39,109 bases of DNA from Basidiobolus ranarum (lineage: Eukaryota), in contig JASJQH010000044.1 of NCBI GenBank assembly GCA_040143965.1, positions 1 through 39,109 on the forward strand, in the 5' to 3' direction. Shown here piece after piece: positions 36,292 to 39,109 of the stretch (its first letter is position 1; every line of letters begins with the position of its first letter). Below the pieces are notes generated by a model that was given only the letters and a program-made list of their open reading frames with translations, ran no database searches and was not told the origin of the DNA. Both the position numbers and the translations under genes were made by a program.

Positions 36292-37876
36292 TCATTTGAC
36301 TTTCTTCGTAAGATGTATGGATTTGCTTTTAGCACTAGAACCAGTTTTAGGCCGCACAAATGAAAAGTAAGCCATCAATGAGAACACAATTACGTGGCCA
36401 ATAAAATAATTAGCCGACCAAATGATGATACTCTCTTTAAAGCTTAAAATGAGGAAGGACATGGTCATGTAATTAACTAGAGTTTGGGTAGCGAACCAAC
36501 CAAGAATGTCGTAGTAGATCTTTCCTGCGGTGGGGGTTTTCATGTCGGATTCGAGGAAGTAAGGGCGTACGGTCTTGCGTATACTATTAGCTACATTCGA
36601 CAAGAACGCACCACTAAGGAACATTAGGTAATATCCCGGATAAAACCCATGCCAGAACGCGGAAACTCCAAAGGTAAGGAAGGTAGAAGCAAATGTTGGT
36701 TTAGTGCCAGGTGGAGTAACGCGAAGGTAAACGTAGTTCTTTAGCCATCTATTGGTTCCAATATTCCAAGCCTCAAGGAGTGCTTTGGTGCTTTGAGCGG
36801 TTTCATAGTTTATGATATTGATGTTGGAAACATGGTTCCACTGAGCTTTCCCATTTATATATCCATTAAATCCTAAACCAGTAACAACACACGCTCCCTC
36901 TGCCATGAGCCAAACTGAGTAGTATTTGAACCGGTTCATCAAAGCAACAACGTTGATATAGAAGAATCGATACAAGAATGATCTGGCTCGATATTCTGCT
37001 GAGAGACACGATTCAATAGGATAGTTTGGACTGATAAACACCGTGCAAACCAAGCATATGATACCATAAACCAAGCACCTTAATCCAGAAGGAATACCGT
37101 TAGGAATGACCAGCTTTCCTGTCTTACTATCCTTGAACATCTTGAGAGTGATGAATTGCCGATAGTCGGCGAATTCAACTGGAGGACCCACCATAAAACT
37201 ACCGAAATAAAAAATATAACCCAAATACTCCAACAGAGAGGGGAATTGTCGAATTACTTTCGATTTCTGGTAATCAGACAAATCCTGAATCCAATGAAAG
37301 GATTAGTTCACATACCAGGGAAAGATAAGAAGCAGTGACTTAAAAGATAAGAAGCAGTGACTTACCTCGTCAGCTTTAGTACCATCATAAACGCTCCAAG
37401 CAAATGATGTCATCTTTATGGTCATGATCATCTGAGGTCCAGAATGATCCATAGTAAAGCCGCCGTAATCATAGATTTGACGGTGGATATGACTGTACAA
37501 TAAAGTGATTAACGGGCCGATCATCAAGCAACATCCAAACTTACTATACTTACGAATATGACATATGGGCCATTGCAATGACGAACACCAGTTTTGGTCC
37601 CAAAGAACCCTTGACAAAGTATGCGATAAAGTAAGAAATCAAAGAGCCAAAAAGGATGTGCAGAACCCCATAAAATTGATTACTGACAACCACGAACAGA
37701 ATGAAAGTGGTTAGTAAAGAGTACAGATGTTTAATGGTGGCGTTGTTTGGAAGTTTGCGAAAAATCAAAGCGAGAGGATAAGTAAATACAATAGAAAAAA
37801 CACATTGCAACTGATCAGTGGGGACACCCCCGAGGATTTGAGATAACCGCTCGAAAGCAGGGTCAAAGAAAAACAT
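36292..37876 (-). CDS. ALE1: MBOAT-family lysophospholipid acyltransferase; 3 exons
   Basis: GPQMIMTIKMTSFAW, PSLLEYLGY, GPP, WNIGTNRWL..YVY, SAFWHGFYPGYY (catalytic His) and a C-terminal KKVK dilysine ER-retrieval motif. Confidence 0.93.
37321..37364. repeat. Perfect 22-bp tandem duplication inside an ALE1 intron
   Basis: AAAGATAAGAAGCAGTGACTTA occurs twice in tandem. Confidence 0.9.
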
Positions 37877-38914
37877 GGATTGGAAAGCTCAGGGAATAGA
37901 AAGAGCTACCCTTCACCACTTTATATTCTCAACACAATACCGGATAAAGAAACAGTTGATTGTACCACAGATAAGATCGCGTAAGTGGGTTATTTAACAA
38001 ACGACGGAAAATCATTGGCAGGTGAGCCCATGCGACCACTCATACGACCACCATCTTTACTTCTTATTTGTCCGCTTCATTGTGACTACGATTTGAATGG
38101 ATAATTTCGCTACAATTTTACTCCAAAATTAGCACATCTCCGGGTGCTTTTGTTCGGGAGGTGTGTTCCGATATGAACTAATCTGAAAACATTCCTTACT
38201 AAATCGACCTTGGTGGTACGAAGAGACATAACAAATGTGGATATTTGTGATTGGTTATTCCTAGGTTTGTTGAGCAAGTTTTATGATTTTCAGAAGTAAT
38301 CTCTGAGCAGCTTCGAATCTATGTTCTCCAACAGTTTGCTGTGATTTTCCATCCTGCTGTTACTTTGAAGGTTTTCCGTCCTCATTGGCCAACAACCATC
38401 GGTTCTAGGATAAACTGGTATAAGGTTACTCACCCCACAGTTAAAGGTTAGGATTGAACTCATTTCTATGACATGTGTTATATGTTGAGCTTTGGCATAT
38501 TTGGGTTGGGAAAAATCTGATAATGTGGCTGAGCATTGTTCAACATCTCTGGTGTTTAGTAACAATTGCTTAACATCACTCTTCTTGGCACTTACGAGAA
38601 TAATGATGATCACCCTGAAGTAATTTGAAAACGTAACCAAGCCTCCCAATGATAACACGCCAATAACATCCTCATCTAATATCCTCATCTTTATCCGTAT
38701 ATAGAGTATTCCGAATGAATATCCCTTCATTTTAGATTTCTATTTGGCTTAATATGTCTTCTATTTTTTGAGAGATTTCATGGCTCGTAAACATGATAGA
38801 TCAAGAGCCGTGTACAAAGCTAGGGGTTCTAGAGCTGTATATAACACTGAAATCGCGCTAGTTTGTATTGTAAGTTAAGCCGGTCAAAAAGTATTTTCTA
38901 TCTACCTCTAAATC

Positions 38915-39109
38915 ATGACCAAACCAAGTGAACTTCAAATAATTGGCGCTGGTTATTGCCGTACCGGTACCATGTCCACAAAAACTGCACTCGATAAACT
39001 AGGCTATAACACCCATCATATGTTCGAGGTGATGAAAAACATGGAGACCCAGGGCCCTCTTTGGCTTGATGTAGTGGCTGGTAGGTCTTGTGTACTCATC
39101 TGAATCTAA
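38915..39109 (+). CDS. 5' part of a sulfotransferase-like P-loop protein (Sulfotransfer_4 type); runs off the window
   Basis: LQIIGAGYCRTGTMSTKTALDKLGYNTHHMFEV matches the IGAGxxRTGTxSLxxAL..LG..xHM pattern. Likely splice donor GTAGGT at about 39081. TATATAA upstream at about 38838. Confidence 0.8.

Overview
Gene-dense, AT-rich eukaryotic DNA with many short GT-AG introns and CTAAC-type branch points. It looks like an early-diverging fungus (Zoopagomycota/Mucoromycota; Basidiobolus-like is a guess, not verified). About 19 protein-coding loci are present. Most are housekeeping: Oca-type pseudophosphatase, SR/Tra2-like RRM protein, ATS1-like RCC1-repeat protein, AGX1, WDR62/MAPKBP1-like protein, BFR1, RIB4, SNF2/STH1, PMR1, RPS15, RCC1, RPL26, ALE1 and a partial sulfotransferase-like gene. 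Three things stand out. (1) A tandem pair of intronless, secreted, Cys-rich GH46 chitosanases with Bacillus Csn-type catalytic motifs, probably from bacterial HGT followed by duplication. (2) A nearby cytoplasmic RING-like/PY-motif/LysM/UBA-like protein. (3) A 60-bp tandem array encoding (EEYPRNRRYGRGSGRQYEDD)n, whose three in-frame stops all sit at Tyr codon positions. I recognised no rRNA, tRNA, CRISPR or clear transposon. Exon boundaries were read by eye and family calls rest on recalled motifs, not database searches.
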